Shown: in pieces, positions 39,194 to 49,310 of the stretch | How positions within the stretch are numbered: position 1 is the stretch's first letter | Layout: each line of letters starts with the position of its first letter | NCBI GenBank assembly: GCA_963740315.1 | Contig: CAVUDP010000001.1 | Coordinates: forward strand, 1,184,001 to 1,248,000 | Length of the DNA: 64,000 bases | Reading direction: 5' to 3' | Source: an uncultured cyanobacterium | GTDB taxonomy: Bacteria; Cyanobacteriota; Cyanobacteriia; Cyanobacteriales; Nostocaceae | Made by a program: the position numbers and the translations under genes | The notes under the pieces: generated by a model | Database searches by the model: none | Seen by the model: the letters and a program-made list of their open reading frames with translations, nothing else | Told to the model about the DNA's origin: nothing

Positions 39194-40939
39194 TCAACTT
39201 CCTTCTCCTTGTCTCCCCATCTCCCCATCCCCTTGTCTCCCCATCCCCCCATTTTGCTGATGTAGGGGAATTTCAATGATAAATTCGGTACCTTTACCGG
39301 GTTCTGATTCGCAATTCAGCTTACCTTGATGTTTGTCAATAATTATTTGATAGGTAATTGATAAACCTAATCCCGTTCCTTTTCCTACGGGTTTAGTGGT
39401 AAAAAATGGATCGAATAACTTGTTTTTTACTTGTTCACTCATTCCTTTTCCATTGTCTGCGATTCGCACTGCTACTGTTTTTTCGATGAGTTCGGTTTGA
39501 ATGCAGATTTGCGGTTGGATATCAATATCTGTTTTTTCTTCCAATACATCTATTGCATTACTAATAATGTTCATAAATGCTTGATTTAATTGTCCGGGAT
39601 AACACTCTATTTTAGGCAATTGATTGTACTTTTTAATAATTTCGATTCCGGTGCGATTTGGTTTGGATTTAAGACGGTTTTGTAAAATTAGTAAAGTGCT
39701 TTCGATACCTTCATGGATATCAACTTCTTTCATATCGGCTTCATCGAGACGAGAAAAGTTACGTAAAGATAGAACTATTTCTCGAATGCGGGTTGCTCCC
39801 ATTTTCATTGAAGTTAATATTTTAGGTAAATCGGATCGTACAAATTCTAATTCCATATCTTCAAGTTTTTCTTCGATGTCGTCTCCAGGTTTGGGAAATT
39901 CTTGTTGATAAAGTTCGATTAATTCTAAAATATCTTTTATATATCCATTTACATGATTGATGTTGCCGTAGACAAAACTAACAGGATTGTTGATTTCGTG
40001 GGCAACTCCGGCTACCATTTGCCCCAAACTTGACATTTTTTCGGTTTGAATTAGTTGCGCTTGGGTGCTTTTTAGTTCATTTAAAGTTTTTTCTAATTCT
40101 GCTTGCGCTTGAGTGCGATCGCCAATTTCATCTTTGAGATTGCGATTGAGTTTGATTAATTCTCCACTGCGTTCGATGATTTCACTGTATGATTCAGTTA
40201 ATTTTTCTGTCATACGATTAAATCCGTTAGCAAGTTGCTCTAATTCATCTTTAGTACAAATATTAAATCGGTAATCGAGTTTACCAGATCCAATTGCTGA
40301 TGCTCCCTTTTGTAATTCGTTCAAAGAATTAATCAGCGGAAGCATAATTAAGAAGAATTGACTAATAAAAACCAGCAGGATAGCAATTATAATTCCAGAA
40401 GTTACTAATTGAGAGGTGCGCTGCATTTCGTCCATTTCATTTTCAACGATAATAATTTTTTCGCGAGTACTATCTGTAAAATCGCTTAAGAATAATTCAA
40501 TATCTCTAGCAAAAGAATTGATTGCTCTAAAATCCTGTTGAGAATCGGCTAAGTATGCATCCTCTGAAGTTTGATTGCGATTTCTAACTTCCTTACTTAA
40601 GCGGATTAAAAATAAATGACGGCGACGAATAACTTTTATTTCCTTAGCATCTGGGATTAAACTTTCTAATCGATCGAGGTGAGCTAAAAATTGTGTTTGA
40701 TATTTTTCTGCATCTGATTGTCTATTATTAAGCAATACATCATCTTTGAGGGCATCAATTTCGTTTTTTAAATCAATTTCTAATTGTAAAGCTATTTGAA
40801 TTGCTATACTGGATTTTTCAAACTTGCGGCTAATATTTGCTAATCTTTGATTTCGCCATAAAGAACTTCCTACTAAAACACCAGCAACTATACCGGCAAA
40901 GCAAGCAGAAGAGGCGATAAATTTAGTAAAAATTTTCAT
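39194..40939 (-). CDS. Membrane HAMP sensor histidine kinase
   Basis: Two TM helices, HAMP, AHEINNP H-box, NQAFMN, DNGKG, FDPFFTTK, GTGLGL. Confidence 0.93.
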   Translation of the reverse strand: MKIFTKFIASSACFAGIVAGVLVGSSLWRNQRLANISRKFEKSSIAIQIALQLEIDLKNEIDALKDDVLLNNRQSDAEKYQTQFLAHLDRLESLIPDAKEIKVIRRRHLFLIRLSKEVRNRNQTSEDAYLADSQQDFRAINSFARDIELFLSDFTDSTREKIIIVENEMDEMQRTSQLVTSGIIIAILLVFISQFFLIMLPLINSLNELQKGASAIGSGKLDYRFNICTKDELEQLANGFNRMTEKLTESYSEIIERSGELIKLNRNLKDEIGDRTQAQAELEKTLNELKSTQAQLIQTEKMSSLGQMVAGVAHEINNPVSFVYGNINHVNGYIKDILELIELYQQEFPKPGDDIEEKLEDMELEFVRSDLPKILTSMKMGATRIREIVLSLRNFSRLDEADMKEVDIHEGIESTLLILQNRLKSKPNRTGIEIIKKYNQLPKIECYPGQLNQAFMNIISNAIDVLEEKTDIDIQPQICIQTELIEKTVAVRIADNGKGMSEQVKNKLFDPFFTTKPVGKGTGLGLSITYQIIIDKHQGKLNCESEPGKGTEFIIEIPLHQQNGGMGRQGDGEMGRQGEGS

Positions 40940-41877
40940 TGCATCGCCTTCTTATTCAAGTTTAAGCTGTCTCGAAGTTTGCGAATTGGAGTATAGTCAG
41001 CATCTTCGATAGAAGTGTAACCTGCCGATCGCCCTCCAAAAATATCTTCGATACCTTCAGGAGTATTTAAAAAAGTAGTTTTTAATTTTTTAATCGTATC
41101 TGGGGACAGTTTTTTAGAAACCACTATTAACGAAGGGGGAATGGGTGGAGATTCCCAAATAACTCTAAATTCTGATTTAAGTTTACCCATTTTTTGCTGC
41201 TTCAGATAATAAGGAACATTAGTTGCAGCAGCATCAATATCGCCATTTTCCAAAGCAGCTAAAGTTTTAGCATGAGTACCGGCATATATAACTTTCTCAC
41301 ATTCCTCTTCCGGATTGATACCAAGTTTTTTAAATGCAGTAAATGGCATTAAATAGCCACCTGTAGAAGATTTATTTACAAAAGCAAATCGCTTACCTCT
41401 TAACTGTTGCAAAGTTTTAATATTGCTATCAGCCTTGACCACAACTACAGATCGATACCAAGGTCTTCCTGTATACTTATCAATTGGTGCCACCAAAGGT
41501 TCAATCTGGGCACCTGCTTCGAGAGCTTCTAAGTAAGACACCGGAGCAACATAAGCCATGTCTATTTTTTCATCCACCAACCATTTCACAATCTGCTTGT
41601 AATCCGTAGCAACCTGGAAATTTATGCTTGTTTCTAAAGATTGTTCTAAATACTCCTCCAAAGGCTTAATCATCCGTTGTTGTTCTTTCAAGCTCTGAGT
41701 TGGTAACACTCCAATTATCAAAGATTGAATGTTCTCATTGCTACTCGCGACTACTGAGGGTATTACCAGATTATTATTATTAGAAACCTTAGTAGAACAG
41801 CTTGCATTAATAAACGCAACTATCGCAACCAGTACAAAAACTGCCGATTTACTAAACAGATGATTGGTTTTTCGCAT
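40936..41877 (-). CDS. PhnD-like phosphate/phosphite/phosphonate-binding lipoprotein
   Basis: Lipobox NASC, YRSVVVV, SSTGGYLMP, GTHAK; stop overlaps the kinase ATG (ATGA); likely start MRKTNH at 41877. Confidence 0.88.
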   Translation of the reverse strand: MRKTNHLFSKSAVFVLVAIVAFINASCSTKVSNNNNLVIPSVVASSNENIQSLIIGVLPTQSLKEQQRMIKPLEEYLEQSLETSINFQVATDYKQIVKWLVDEKIDMAYVAPVSYLEALEAGAQIEPLVAPIDKYTGRPWYRSVVVVKADSNIKTLQQLRGKRFAFVNKSSTGGYLMPFTAFKKLGINPEEECEKVIYAGTHAKTLAALENGDIDAAATNVPYYLKQQKMGKLKSEFRVIWESPPIPPSLIVVSKKLSPDTIKKLKTTFLNTPEGIEDIFGGRSAGYTSIEDADYTPIRKLRDSLNLNKKAMQ

Positions 41878-42119
41878 GGTACCAAATATAATTAAAAACT
41901 TTTTACCATCGTAGAACTGTAAATGCATAACCCCAAAAGGTTATTTGTCCAGTCCATGCCTAAGCATAGGTTTCCCAAAATAGTTACGAAGATAACAGTT
42001 CTTTATAAAAATCATATTCAGTAATAGGGCATGGGGAATTAAGGTTTGTAGTAAGGGCTTTAGCCCTCCGGATTTAGGGAACCAATGCCAGCACGTAGAA
42101 CCTTTTTATCCATGCCCAT

Positions 42120-43442
42120 TTATGCAATACTCCCTCTCTTCCGTGCTTCTTTGTAAGAAGTTCCGACATTTTTCAAGCCAGCTTTAATCATTTGTCGTTC
42201 CAGTAAACCGAAGAAACGAGAGCGATCGCCACCTCTGACAACTGCTTGGTTGTGCGATTCTGCTAAGGCTACCGGATAACCATAGCCTTTATGAACTTGC
42301 GCCAGCATTAACCCCAAGGATTCCTCAAACATTTCAGTATTTTCTACTACCCATTCCGGAAATTCTACCCGTGCTATTTCCATGCCCACGTGAACGTAGC
42401 AAAAGTAAATTTGCTGCGAATCATATAAATCTAAAATCCGGGAATTACTCTTCCATAAAGGACTGCGCTGTCCGGGTTTGAGTTGAGTTGACCATAAAGT
42501 ACTATCTCGCAATCCTTCAAACAACTTACAAGGAATCTTCTCCATTTGATCGGGGCAAAAACTCATACAATCCGGTGCTTTATAAGGACAAGCCGACAAC
42601 CGGAAAAAATTCATCCCCTCAATACTCCGCGAAGCACTCAGATAACCCATCAAAGGAATACCCGCTGCCCGTAAATCCTTCCAAGACTCCAAAATCGGCG
42701 GTAAAATATGTTCCCTAGCATCGTAAGGCAACTGATCCAAAAACCAGTAAATTAGCGAACCATCTACCATTGCTAATGTAGGTATTCTTTCTGAGGGGGT
42801 AGAGGGGGTAGAAATTTCTTCTACATTATCCCCTTGTCCCCTTGTCTCCTTGTCCCCTTGTCCCCTTGTCTCCTTGTCCCCTTCTCTCCCTATCTCCCCA
42901 TCTCCCCCTCTCCCCATCTCCCCATCTTTCCCTTTCCCCATCGCTGCGATCGCTAACTCCGCCAACACCACAGCTTCACTCGCGGTACGTCGATAACTCA
43001 TCCATTCTTCGGTTCTAATTCCCCATTGACGAGACATATACAAATCTTCGGGGCGGTAAAATATCTCCGGTAAACTATCTAGAATCGGGTGTTTATTTTG
43101 TCCGTAATGCAATACAACTCTACCGATATTTAATAGATAACAATAAGCAATTTCGTGGTGATTTGGCGCAATTTGGGAACCGTCAGTAGCGATGACAGTA
43201 TGAACTTTTGGGGGAACCATAATATCAATACAGGTATGTAGCGGTTCCACCGGAGTTGCATTCGCAAACAAAATGCGATCGCGCCATTTTTGTTGAATTT
43301 TAACTAACTCATTTTGATTATCAAAAGCATATTCAAGATGTTTCATCCCCAGTTGCAAACGCTGACGATTCGCTTCAGCTTCAGCCGTCAAATGTTGACT
43401 CAAACCACGCATTTGTCCGGCAAGTTTACTAAGATCCAGCAT
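42120..43442 (-). CDS. nurA: NurA-family nuclease with in-frame repeat-derived insertion
   Basis: IATDGSQI, MVDGSL, ARVEFP, GYGYPVALAESHNQAVV. Confidence 0.88.
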   Translation of the reverse strand: MLDLSKLAGQMRGLSQHLTAEAEANRQRLQLGMKHLEYAFDNQNELVKIQQKWRDRILFANATPVEPLHTCIDIMVPPKVHTVIATDGSQIAPNHHEIAYCYLLNIGRVVLHYGQNKHPILDSLPEIFYRPEDLYMSRQWGIRTEEWMSYRRTASEAVVLAELAIAAMGKGKDGEMGRGGDGEIGREGDKETRGQGDKETRGQGDNVEEISTPSTPSERIPTLAMVDGSLIYWFLDQLPYDAREHILPPILESWKDLRAAGIPLMGYLSASRSIEGMNFFRLSACPYKAPDCMSFCPDQMEKIPCKLFEGLRDSTLWSTQLKPGQRSPLWKSNSRILDLYDSQQIYFCYVHVGMEIARVEFPEWVVENTEMFEESLGLMLAQVHKGYGYPVALAESHNQAVVRGGDRSRFFGLLERQMIKAGLKNVGTSYKEARKRGSIA

Positions 43443-43657
43443 AAGTTTAGTTAGGAGCTATAGAATTTTATATTTTAACAACGGATGCTTTTGTTTTAGA
43501 TTGAAGATAAAGAGTTAGGAGTTAGGAGTTAGGAATTAGGAGTTAGGAGTTATAAATAAAGATTTATAAGTTAATAATTAATCTTTTGATTTCTACCCCC
43601 TCTTCCCCCTCTTCCCCCTCTCCCCCCTCTCCCCCCTCTCCATTTTTCAATACCCAG

Positions 43658-44446
43658 TTATCTTTGCCATTCATCAAAGTCTTGGGTAAATTGAGCTAGC
43701 GATATCAACTGAATTCGCATATCTTTTTGAGCGGTTTCTCTTTCTTTGGGGATATTATAACCCCAGTCAGCAAGAAATAATTCTACGTCTTGTAAGTCGG
43801 TTTGCTCTTTAACTTTTTGTAACGTTTTTATCCTGTCTTCTACAAACCATAAACTAACTGTTGAATGGTTAGATTCTTGCTTTAATTCTCTTAATATTTC
43901 ATATTTAGGACGCTTTTCTTCTTTACCAAAAATTGCTTCTTGGGGTAAATCAAAACCGGCTTTATTTAATAGTTCTTTGACAAAACGTCCTTCTTTAGTT
44001 GTAACTATATACAGTGCAATTTGAGTATTGTAAACATTTTTAATTCTTTCCACTACTCCCGGATAAAATTTATGCAGACTCAGCCAACCATCCTTATCTG
44101 TAGCTATCCATTCATCGCGCTGTTTATCTAACGTATCGGCAATTTCTTGGGCTGCAAAATCATCTTGTCGGAGAATTTTGTGGGAAATATTATGCCAGTC
44201 TTGCAGAATTGTTTCTTCCTCAAATCCTTGTAATAATGCTTTAATTAAAACAGGCATTTCCCAACCAGTTTCAATTACTGGGCGGAGTCGATAAAATTTA
44301 TTAGCTAATTCTTCTGTTTGCGTTTGATTAGCACAAGACCAAACTTTACAGTAAGTACGCCAAGCTACCTGAAAGTATTCTATCAGTCCGTTACAGATTA
44401 CACCATCAAAGTCGAGAGCTAAAATTGTCGGGCTAATTGCGGTCAT
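43658..44446 (-). CDS. HAD-superfamily hydrolase
   Basis: LDFDGVIC, VTTK, FVEDR, LADWGYN. Confidence 0.9.
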   Translation of the reverse strand: MTAISPTILALDFDGVICNGLIEYFQVAWRTYCKVWSCANQTQTEELANKFYRLRPVIETGWEMPVLIKALLQGFEEETILQDWHNISHKILRQDDFAAQEIADTLDKQRDEWIATDKDGWLSLHKFYPGVVERIKNVYNTQIALYIVTTKEGRFVKELLNKAGFDLPQEAIFGKEEKRPKYEILRELKQESNHSTVSLWFVEDRIKTLQKVKEQTDLQDVELFLADWGYNIPKERETAQKDMRIQLISLAQFTQDFDEWQR

Positions 44447-44661
44447 TTTGTGAGTTTGCGAAACTGCTTTTGTAAGCTTATCTAATTTGGGAGCTTATCT
44501 GTACCTTTATTTTTGAAATCTTACTACCGTCGAAGAAGTTAGAATTAATCAAAATTGTGGAGAAGCGATAAATCGCTTACTACGAACCAGGAATAAGTTA
44601 TTGTAGTGCGGGCATATTATTTGTTTAGCCCCCCTTCAATAAGGGGGGTTGGGGGGATATT

Positions 44662-46470
44662 CTACAATTCTTCAGTAATCGTCACTTCTTTAGAAAGATA
44701 TTTAAACCAAGTAAAATACAAGGCAATTGAAAGCACAATAAACACCGCTAACAAAATACCAAAAGTATCCCAACGCTTCATCATGAAGGTAATTCCCAAC
44801 ATAAATAAAGTCAATTGCCAGGGAATTGCGATAAATGTAGAAAAAATATCGCGGCGATTTTCATTTTTAATTTTCTGCTGAATGTTCGCTGGCAGATTTT
44901 TCCGCACGATTCCCCAAAAACCAAATGGTCTGGTAACTTTATAGAAGTTATCTATTACTTGTAAATCTGTGGGTTCTGTTAAAAATGTACCGATGATGCA
45001 GCCAATAAACGAGGAAATACTAGGAATTAAAAACAAAGCATATTCCTGATACTGTTGATTTAAACTTGCAGCTACAAATAGTTTAGTTGCTATGGCTGCT
45101 AACATTCCCGCGACAGTACCAGCAGCAAATCCATAACCGTTAAAACGCCACCAATACCACCTCAATACTAAAGGAATTGATAACCCCGCACCCAATCCCA
45201 AAGTCAGCCATCCCCAAATTTCGTTAATATTTTTAATCTGGTAACTAAAGAGCATTCCTACAACTACAATTACCACGGATGCCAAACGACTTTGGGTAAG
45301 TAACTGTCGGTTATTAGCTTGGGGATTGAGATATGCTTGATAAATATCTTTTACCCAGTATGCAGCGCTGGAATTAATAATTGAGTCAAAAGTAGACATC
45401 GCCGCCGCAATAAAACAAGCTATCAACAATCCTTTAATTCCTACTGGCACGTATTCCCCAATTACCGTAGGTAAAATCAATTCGGGGTCTGATATAACAC
45501 CTTGAGTTGCGCCGTAGTGGATGCCCAACATCGCAAAAGCGGTAACGAGGGGCCAGCGAAACGAAAGTAGAAGAATCCAAAACAAAGAAAGTAAACCTGC
45601 TTCTCTATCGTTTCTAGCAGCGAAGTAACGTTGTACCATATAGCCCCCACCGCCGCCAACACCTGCCAGACACTCTTTTAAAAGATAAAAGAAAATTACT
45701 CCACCGAATAAGTTAAATACCGAATAGTCACCCGGTAAATTTAAAGTTAAAGACGGTGAAATACTGCTCCAGTCGGCAAAATTCCACTGCTGTTGTACAA
45801 AACTATCGCCAGCAGGAATCGAAACTGAAAATGTTTCGGGGATAGTTGCAATTTGCAGAGCCAAAACACAAACGTAAATTATCGCGACAAAAATCAAAAT
45901 GCCTTGAAAAACATCAGTCCAAACAACACCGTAAAAACCACTAGCCGCCGTGTATACCAAAGCCAGAGTAACCAGCGCGATCGAAGCGTATTCATCGCTA
46001 ATACCGAGAAATTGACCTAAAAATTTACCACCAGCAAGAGTAAAAAAACTCATCGCACCCACCGCAAACATCAAATTTGCGATCGCGCTGATAATCCGAG
46101 CCGTATTTCCTTCCCTTCCTTCACCAAAACGGAATCGCATCCATTCAGCTAGCGTCATTACCTGAGCGCGACGATTCCATTTACCCATGAAAATCATCAA
46201 AATCGCCATGATTAACACCACACCACCGCGAATTTCGATAAAAAATCCTTTGGCACCCACCGCGTAAATCAAAGCGCTGATAATCATCGTACCCGCCAAA
46301 TCGGTATTCGATGCCATCCCCGAAGCACCCAAAACCCACCAAGGCATATTGCGGTTGCCCAAAAAATAGGAATCGATACCCGCAGAAGCTTTTCTTTCCA
46401 GATAAAGCCCAAATATAACTATAGAAATTAGGTAAACAGCGATAATTAAATAATCAACTAGCTGTAGCAT
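44662..46470 (-). CDS. Sodium:solute symporter family protein
   Basis: YFLGNRNMPWW, GVVWTDVFQ, QRYFAA, AAMSTFDS; multiple TM helices. Confidence 0.92.
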   Translation of the reverse strand: MLQLVDYLIIAVYLISIVIFGLYLERKASAGIDSYFLGNRNMPWWVLGASGMASNTDLAGTMIISALIYAVGAKGFFIEIRGGVVLIMAILMIFMGKWNRRAQVMTLAEWMRFRFGEGREGNTARIISAIANLMFAVGAMSFFTLAGGKFLGQFLGISDEYASIALVTLALVYTAASGFYGVVWTDVFQGILIFVAIIYVCVLALQIATIPETFSVSIPAGDSFVQQQWNFADWSSISPSLTLNLPGDYSVFNLFGGVIFFYLLKECLAGVGGGGGYMVQRYFAARNDREAGLLSLFWILLLSFRWPLVTAFAMLGIHYGATQGVISDPELILPTVIGEYVPVGIKGLLIACFIAAAMSTFDSIINSSAAYWVKDIYQAYLNPQANNRQLLTQSRLASVVIVVVGMLFSYQIKNINEIWGWLTLGLGAGLSIPLVLRWYWWRFNGYGFAAGTVAGMLAAIATKLFVAASLNQQYQEYALFLIPSISSFIGCIIGTFLTEPTDLQVIDNFYKVTRPFGFWGIVRKNLPANIQQKIKNENRRDIFSTFIAIPWQLTLFMLGITFMMKRWDTFGILLAVFIVLSIALYFTWFKYLSKEVTITEEL

Positions 46471-46729
46471 GAATTTTTAAGCTTAATGCGATAGTAAGTA
46501 ATAACAGGGAAGATACAGTAAACTCCTGTTTGCATCAAGTCTGTTATTTGACGGTTTGGGTTTCCGTTGCTGTGGAATCAAATGCCCTCACCCTCGAAGG
46601 GTGGGGAACCACAAATACGAATCCTACCTTACGGTGGGCTGTCTCTCCTCTTCTCGTATCTTTGCGTTGAAAAAAGGATTAAATTAAATTCCCTAATACA
46701 AACTAAAGCTGACTACACTCTTGCTTTAA

Positions 46730-46996
46730 TTAACTTTTATGTTTATAAATATTGCTACGATGTCCTACTTCTACAACAGTTATTAATAAAACGTCATCAA
46801 AAATATCATACAAAATACGATAGTCGCCTACTCGAATACGATAACCGTTTTCTCGACCTTTAAGCTTTTTAACTCCATCTGGACGAGGCTCTATAGCTAA
46901 GTTGTCAATTCTATCTTGTATGCGCTCTTGTAGTTCTGATGATAACTTTTTAATTTGTTTAGATGCACTCTTAGAAATTTTAATTTCGTAACTCAC
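46730..46996 (-). CDS. RelE/ParE-family toxin
   Basis: PRPDGVKKLKG..YRIRVGDYRILY...VGHR. Confidence 0.92.
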   Translation of the reverse strand: MSYEIKISKSASKQIKKLSSELQERIQDRIDNLAIEPRPDGVKKLKGRENGYRIRVGDYRILYDIFDDVLLITVVEVGHRSNIYKHKS

Positions 46997-47229
46997 GCGA
47001 CATCCTTTTTAATTTCTTGCATCTCTTTTTTCACTTCTTCCCAAGGTACAGTGCCATTATGACCTATATCTTCTTTACCTTTTTCGTAAGCTTTCAAATC
47101 ATTTTCATCTTCTTCATCTTCGATTTTTTGGAGTAATGCACAAATTTCGTCTAGTGTACTGTCGTATGCTTGATTTAACAGTACGTTAATAGTATCGATT
47201 AATTCTTTTCTTTCACGTTCGGTTTTCAT
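46993..47229 (-). CDS. Cognate antitoxin
   Basis: Acidic 78-aa protein (EDEEDENDL...TVPWEEVK) overlapping the toxin start by 4 nt. Confidence 0.8.
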   Translation of the reverse strand: MKTERERKELIDTINVLLNQAYDSTLDEICALLQKIEDEEDENDLKAYEKGKEDIGHNGTVPWEEVKKEMQEIKKDVA

Positions 47230-47348
47230 TTTTATCTATAAGAAGGTTAGGGGAATTATATCTAAATTTCGGACCCTACAAATACTCAATTTTTTCAAGA
47301 TCCAAATCGGATTCCTATATTAGGTATAGTGATAGAGCAAAACTCGCT

Positions 47349-48194
47349 TTAACTCTTCTTCTGTATATTCGTCAACACACCATGAGCGGGACTAAATAAC
47401 AAAGATAATACAAATAATCCCGATACAACTAACACGATCGCAGGACCAGAAGGTAAATTATAAAAGTAGCTTAAATACATTCCGCTGATACTGGAAATAA
47501 CTCCAATTATTGCACCTAATATCATCACTTCATGCAACCGTTTAACTAATAAATAAGCCGTCGCTCCCGGCGTTATCAATAAAGATAAAACTAATATTAC
47601 GCCTACAGCTTTCAAACTAGCAACAATTGTTAAAGCAATAATCACCATCAACCCAAAATTTAAGCGATTTACCGGCAAACCCGCAGCTTGCGCTCCCAAT
47701 GGATCGAAAGTGTAAAATAATAATTCTTTATATAGTAAAAATACGACTATTAGCACAACAGCCGCAATTACAGCAATATCCCGCATATCTGAAACCGTAA
47801 CGCCGAGAATATTACCAAAAAGAAAGTGATTTAAATCGATTTTATTATCCTTCTGAACAATAGTAATTAACGTCACCCCCAAAGCAAAAAACGCTGAGAA
47901 CACAATTCCCATCGCCGCATCTTCCTTAATTGGCGATCGCGTTCTAATCCAGGTTATCACCATCGTGCTGAGAACCCCCGCAATAAAGGCTCCCACAAAA
48001 ATATTCATCCCCAAAATAAAAGCCACAGCCAAACCCGGTAGCACCGAATGACTAATAGCATCACCCAGCAAAGCCAACCGCTGCACCATCAAATAACTAC
48101 CAACAACCGCACACAGCAAACCCACCAAAACAGCAACAATCAGCGATCGTTGCATAAAGCTGTATTTTAACGGTTCGATTAACGCTTCAAACAT
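47349..48194 (-). CDS. mntB: Mn/Zn ABC transporter permease
   Basis: LLGDAISHSVLPG, HFLFGNILGV, VGVILV; ManR-like boxes in the divergent promoter. Confidence 0.88.
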   Translation of the reverse strand: MFEALIEPLKYSFMQRSLIVAVLVGLLCAVVGSYLMVQRLALLGDAISHSVLPGLAVAFILGMNIFVGAFIAGVLSTMVITWIRTRSPIKEDAAMGIVFSAFFALGVTLITIVQKDNKIDLNHFLFGNILGVTVSDMRDIAVIAAVVLIVVFLLYKELLFYTFDPLGAQAAGLPVNRLNFGLMVIIALTIVASLKAVGVILVLSLLITPGATAYLLVKRLHEVMILGAIIGVISSISGMYLSYFYNLPSGPAIVLVVSGLFVLSLLFSPAHGVLTNIQKKS

Positions 48195-48406
48195 TTTCAG
48201 TTAACAGTGAACAGTGAACAGTTATCAGTTGGGAATAGGGCATTGGGCATAATTAAGAGTTAAGAGTTAGGAGTTAAAAATTATTTCTACCCCCTCTCCC
48301 CAAAGGTTACTGAGCAGTTCGACGTAGCTCACTGTAAGACTTGTCGAAGTACTCCCCATCTCCCCATCTCCCTATCTCCCCATCTCCCCCTCTCCCCCTC
48401 TCCCCA

Positions 48407-49216
48407 TCACGCTGCATCTGAAAAGTACATGACTTTCCCACCGTAAGCGCGATATAAATTTTGCTCTGTCAAAACCTGTTTTCTCGAACCTGTAGCAACT
48501 ATCTGGCGGTTTAATAAAATTATGTCGTCGAAGTGGGTAGTTGTTTCGCCTAAGTCGTGGTTAACTACTAAAACGGTTTTTCCGGTGGCTGCTAGTTCGT
48601 GGAAGACTTCAAATAACACCGTTTGAGTTTTTTGATCGATTCCTACAAAGGGTTCGTCGAAACAAAATATTTCTGCTTCCTGTGCCAATGCTCTGGCTAA
48701 AAATACTCGCTGCTGCTGCCCCCCGGAAAGCTGTCCGATCGCACGGTTGCGGTATTCACCCATGCCTACTCTTTGCAGCGCACTTTTTGCTACCCGACGA
48801 CTCACCCCCGAAAACTTCCTCAACCATCCCGTTTTTTTGACTCTTCCCATCATCACTACATCCCATACCGTAGCGGGATAAGTCCAATCGATTTGACTGC
48901 GTTGCGGTACGTAAGCAACTTTTTCTAACTGTTGCGTTAAGGGTTTGCTTTGATATAAAACCGTACCGCTGCTCTCAACTAACCCCAACATTGCCTTCAT
49001 CAAAGTACTTTTACCAGCACCATTGGGACCGTAAATACCCGTCAATCGTCCCGGTTTGATAACACAATTAACATCACAAAGCGCTTCTAGACTGCGATAG
49101 CTTACTCCCACATGGGCTATATTAATGCTCGCATTATGTCGCATCGCCGCATCTTTTAAATGATAGACGCGCTGTTGAGTTGGGTTATCGTCTGGCGAAA
49201 AGTTGACGCTTGGCAT
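48407..49216 (-). CDS. mntA: Mn/Zn ABC transporter ATP-binding protein
   Basis: GPNGAGKST, AYVPQ, LSGGQQQR, FDEPF. Confidence 0.88.
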   Translation of the reverse strand: MPSVNFSPDDNPTQQRVYHLKDAAMRHNASINIAHVGVSYRSLEALCDVNCVIKPGRLTGIYGPNGAGKSTLMKAMLGLVESSGTVLYQSKPLTQQLEKVAYVPQRSQIDWTYPATVWDVVMMGRVKKTGWLRKFSGVSRRVAKSALQRVGMGEYRNRAIGQLSGGQQQRVFLARALAQEAEIFCFDEPFVGIDQKTQTVLFEVFHELAATGKTVLVVNHDLGETTTHFDDIILLNRQIVATGSRKQVLTEQNLYRAYGGKVMYFSDAA

Positions 49217-49242
49217 GAGATTATTTCTATAAACGAGCGAAA

Positions 49243-49295
49243 AATGAAAAGATTATGAGAATAATGTAACTTAAAAAATGAAAACATTATGATAA
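49243..49295. promoter_or_regulatory. Two ManR-like direct-repeat boxes
   Basis: AATGAAAAGATTATGAGAA (49243-49261) and AATGAAAACATTATGATAA (49277-49295) resemble the cyanobacterial ManR site TATGAAAAGAATATGAGAA as recalled. Confidence 0.7.
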
Positions 49296-49310
49296 CTTTT
49301 GATATAAATT

